64,000 nucleotides of DNA from NCBI RefSeq assembly GCF_009914755.1, contig NC_060947.1, one strand, 5' to 3'. A program made the translations under genes and the position numbers. This document shows positions 61,741 through 64,000 of this stretch, one piece after another. The stretch comes from the human T2T-CHM13v2.0 reference genome, Homo sapiens. The stretch's first letter is position 1; each line of letters opens with the position of its first letter. The notes beneath the pieces were generated by a model, which was given only the letters and a program-made list of their open reading frames with translations, did no database searches and was not told the origin of the DNA.

Positions 61741-64000
61741 TCCTCCAAGACCTCCCTCACAGCCGTGGCAGAGAAGAGAAAAGAAGGGGACCCTAGCTGA
61801 TGGAACTGATCATCCAAATAACTCCTGAAGATCACTGAGATGATATAACAAAGCAAAACCACCTACGTTTTTAGACTGCCAAGACTATATCCTGAATTTC
61901 CAGAATAAAACCTCTCAAAAAAGTGATAAAGCATCACATGAGTGGATGTTAAAGGTAAGGCCTCACAGTACAACAAAATCTAAACTTAAGAACAAACAGG
62001 CTGAACAAAGGACTTCAAATCGGCATGCCCACAAAAGGATCGCCTCTGGTCCTTATACATATAACTACATTAATAATGATTTAAAACATTTTTTCTTACT
62101 GCAATTATCTTTATGGTCCTTTTTGAAAATATAATTTGATTTAAGGTGATCTTACAAAATTCCAGGGAATAATTCTTATTCTTAATAAAGTTTAATAGTC
62201 TGTTGAGATTCAAGTGTTCCAATAGGTATGGTTCTTTCCACTTCTAAAATTAAATCACTTAATGAGAATTGCCAGAAAGAGACTTCATTAGTAATTATCC
62301 ATAATGGTAGAGAACACACAAGATACATTTGCACTGTTCTATTGTTATAAGCCAGCAGAAGAGTGGAATTTTCAAAGATGCAAATAGTTCCCCTCGGTCA
62401 TATTACCCTGGATAGAAATTAGAGCTGCAAGCTAATAGGAGACTGAGGGACAAGGGCATGCTCCTCAGCCTGTGGTTTCTCTGGCTTCCAAAGCTAGAAG
62501 CAAATGATTCTTTTTTTTTTTCCAATCCATCCATTAAGCTTCCAAGAAATAAACACGTTTGCTTCAAAATTCAATTCCCTGTGGGGTTATCTTCAGATGC
62601 TGCATGGGTTTATTAGAATTAATTGCAACACAGCACAGCTTCCAAAGTGAAGGCCCAGGGTTGACAAAAGACCCTCCCTATCACAGCCACCAACCCACCA
62701 AAGGCTATGGGGACTCTCTTGCAAACAATATCTGAGCAATCTCGAGGAAGACAAGCAAAGGCCTTGCCTTTCTCAACTTCAGTCTAGAGCAGGTAGGGAG
62801 GGGTAGCCCATAAATGAGTAAACAAAGAGAAAAGATGATTACGTATTGTGCTAAGTGCAGTTAGTGAAGGCAGTCGGCGATGTTTGTCAGCAAGATGCAT
62901 TTTTTTCCATTTTGCTTCCCACATCTGCAATCAACATATAACTTCATGGTATGAACTATTAAACACATAAACACTAGAACAAATGTGGGTTTCCTATTCC
63001 AGTTCAAGGCTTGATAAGTCAAAAAACTATTTTGATGGTCCTGGGTTCTAAAAAAACACTGTTTCTCTCTGGTGGGTGTGTGTGTGGGTGTGGGGGTGTG
63101 TGTGTGTGTAAGGGCGAGTAGTGAGTACTAGGGTCAACAACAGCCTTAATAGCACGTTGCCCCCAAATACAAAGGTGTTCCACATATAAGTAGCTATGAA
63201 TGTGGGTTTCAAAACAAAAGCCTTAACTTAGAGTTTTATTATGTTTTAAAATCATCACTGTCTTAGTGTTTAAACACCTGTTTAAGTCCTCTTAATAAGG
63301 TAGAAATGCCTGTTTATGGCTTTTTAAAAATATAAACACAAGGATCCATAGCTTTAAAAAAAACACTTTGTTTCTGTGACAATGTTTGTTAATCTAGCTA
63401 ATTGAGTTACTTGCAGAAAAATGGAGAACAGAGAGTGATAGTTGAGTTCTTCATGTACAAGTAAGCACTGTTACTCCAAATACCTTAGTTACCTGAATTA
63501 TTCTAAGGTTATTTGTAAAAACTAAAATTCCACGAGGCAAAGAAGGACTTTTATCAATCCCATTTATATTTGATTTCTGTATTACACATAAAGAATTGGA
63601 CTATTAAAGAAAGTAACCAAATGAGAGATGGATGTTTAAAAATAACATTAAATGAGTGATTTGGGAACTCCAAAACTTTATGTGACCAAGTTATTTCTTC
63701 TCTGTGCCTACAGGTCTTTGTCACACTGGGATTGCAATTTATTAGATGCCATACACAAGTTCTATTGTGGGCTCCAATCAGAGGTACAGGGAAAACCTCC
63801 AGAAGATTCTTCCTTAGTAAGCAGCAGGTAACGTTCTGTAATTTTAGGCCACCACACGGAACCAATTGTCACTCACAGTTTCTGTCACAGAGTGGGATGT
63901 GTCACACTTCATTTGGTGCAAAATATGACAATGAAAAACACAACTTGATCAACCTATTTTAGCAGCCTCTGTTCAGCCATCAGTGTGAGGAGCTGGAGTA

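Overview
Primate (almost certainly human, Xp11.3) genomic DNA lying inside the SLC9A7/NHE7 gene, which is transcribed on the minus strand. Six coding exons (2-7, at 23526 down to 2984) splice into one continuous NHE7 reading frame. Exon 7 ends at a U12-type AT-AC donor (CTA|ATATCCTTT). The rest is intronic and repeat-rich: about 25 Alus, young and old L1s, MER11/MER21/MST/MLT LTRs, MER47A/MADE1/MER3 DNA elements, L2/MIR and microsatellites. Intron 1 also holds a YBX1 processed pseudogene and a decayed pogo/Tc2-type transposase. No new protein-coding system is supported. The most unusual signals are a 5' tRNA-Glu half inserted inverted inside the TSDs of an old L1, a locally templated insertion bounded by inverted Alu ends, the near full-length transposase fossil, a candidate poison exon in intron 4, and U2 donors flanking the U12 donor. 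Repeat subfamily names and comparisons to reference sequences are from memory and need database confirmation.
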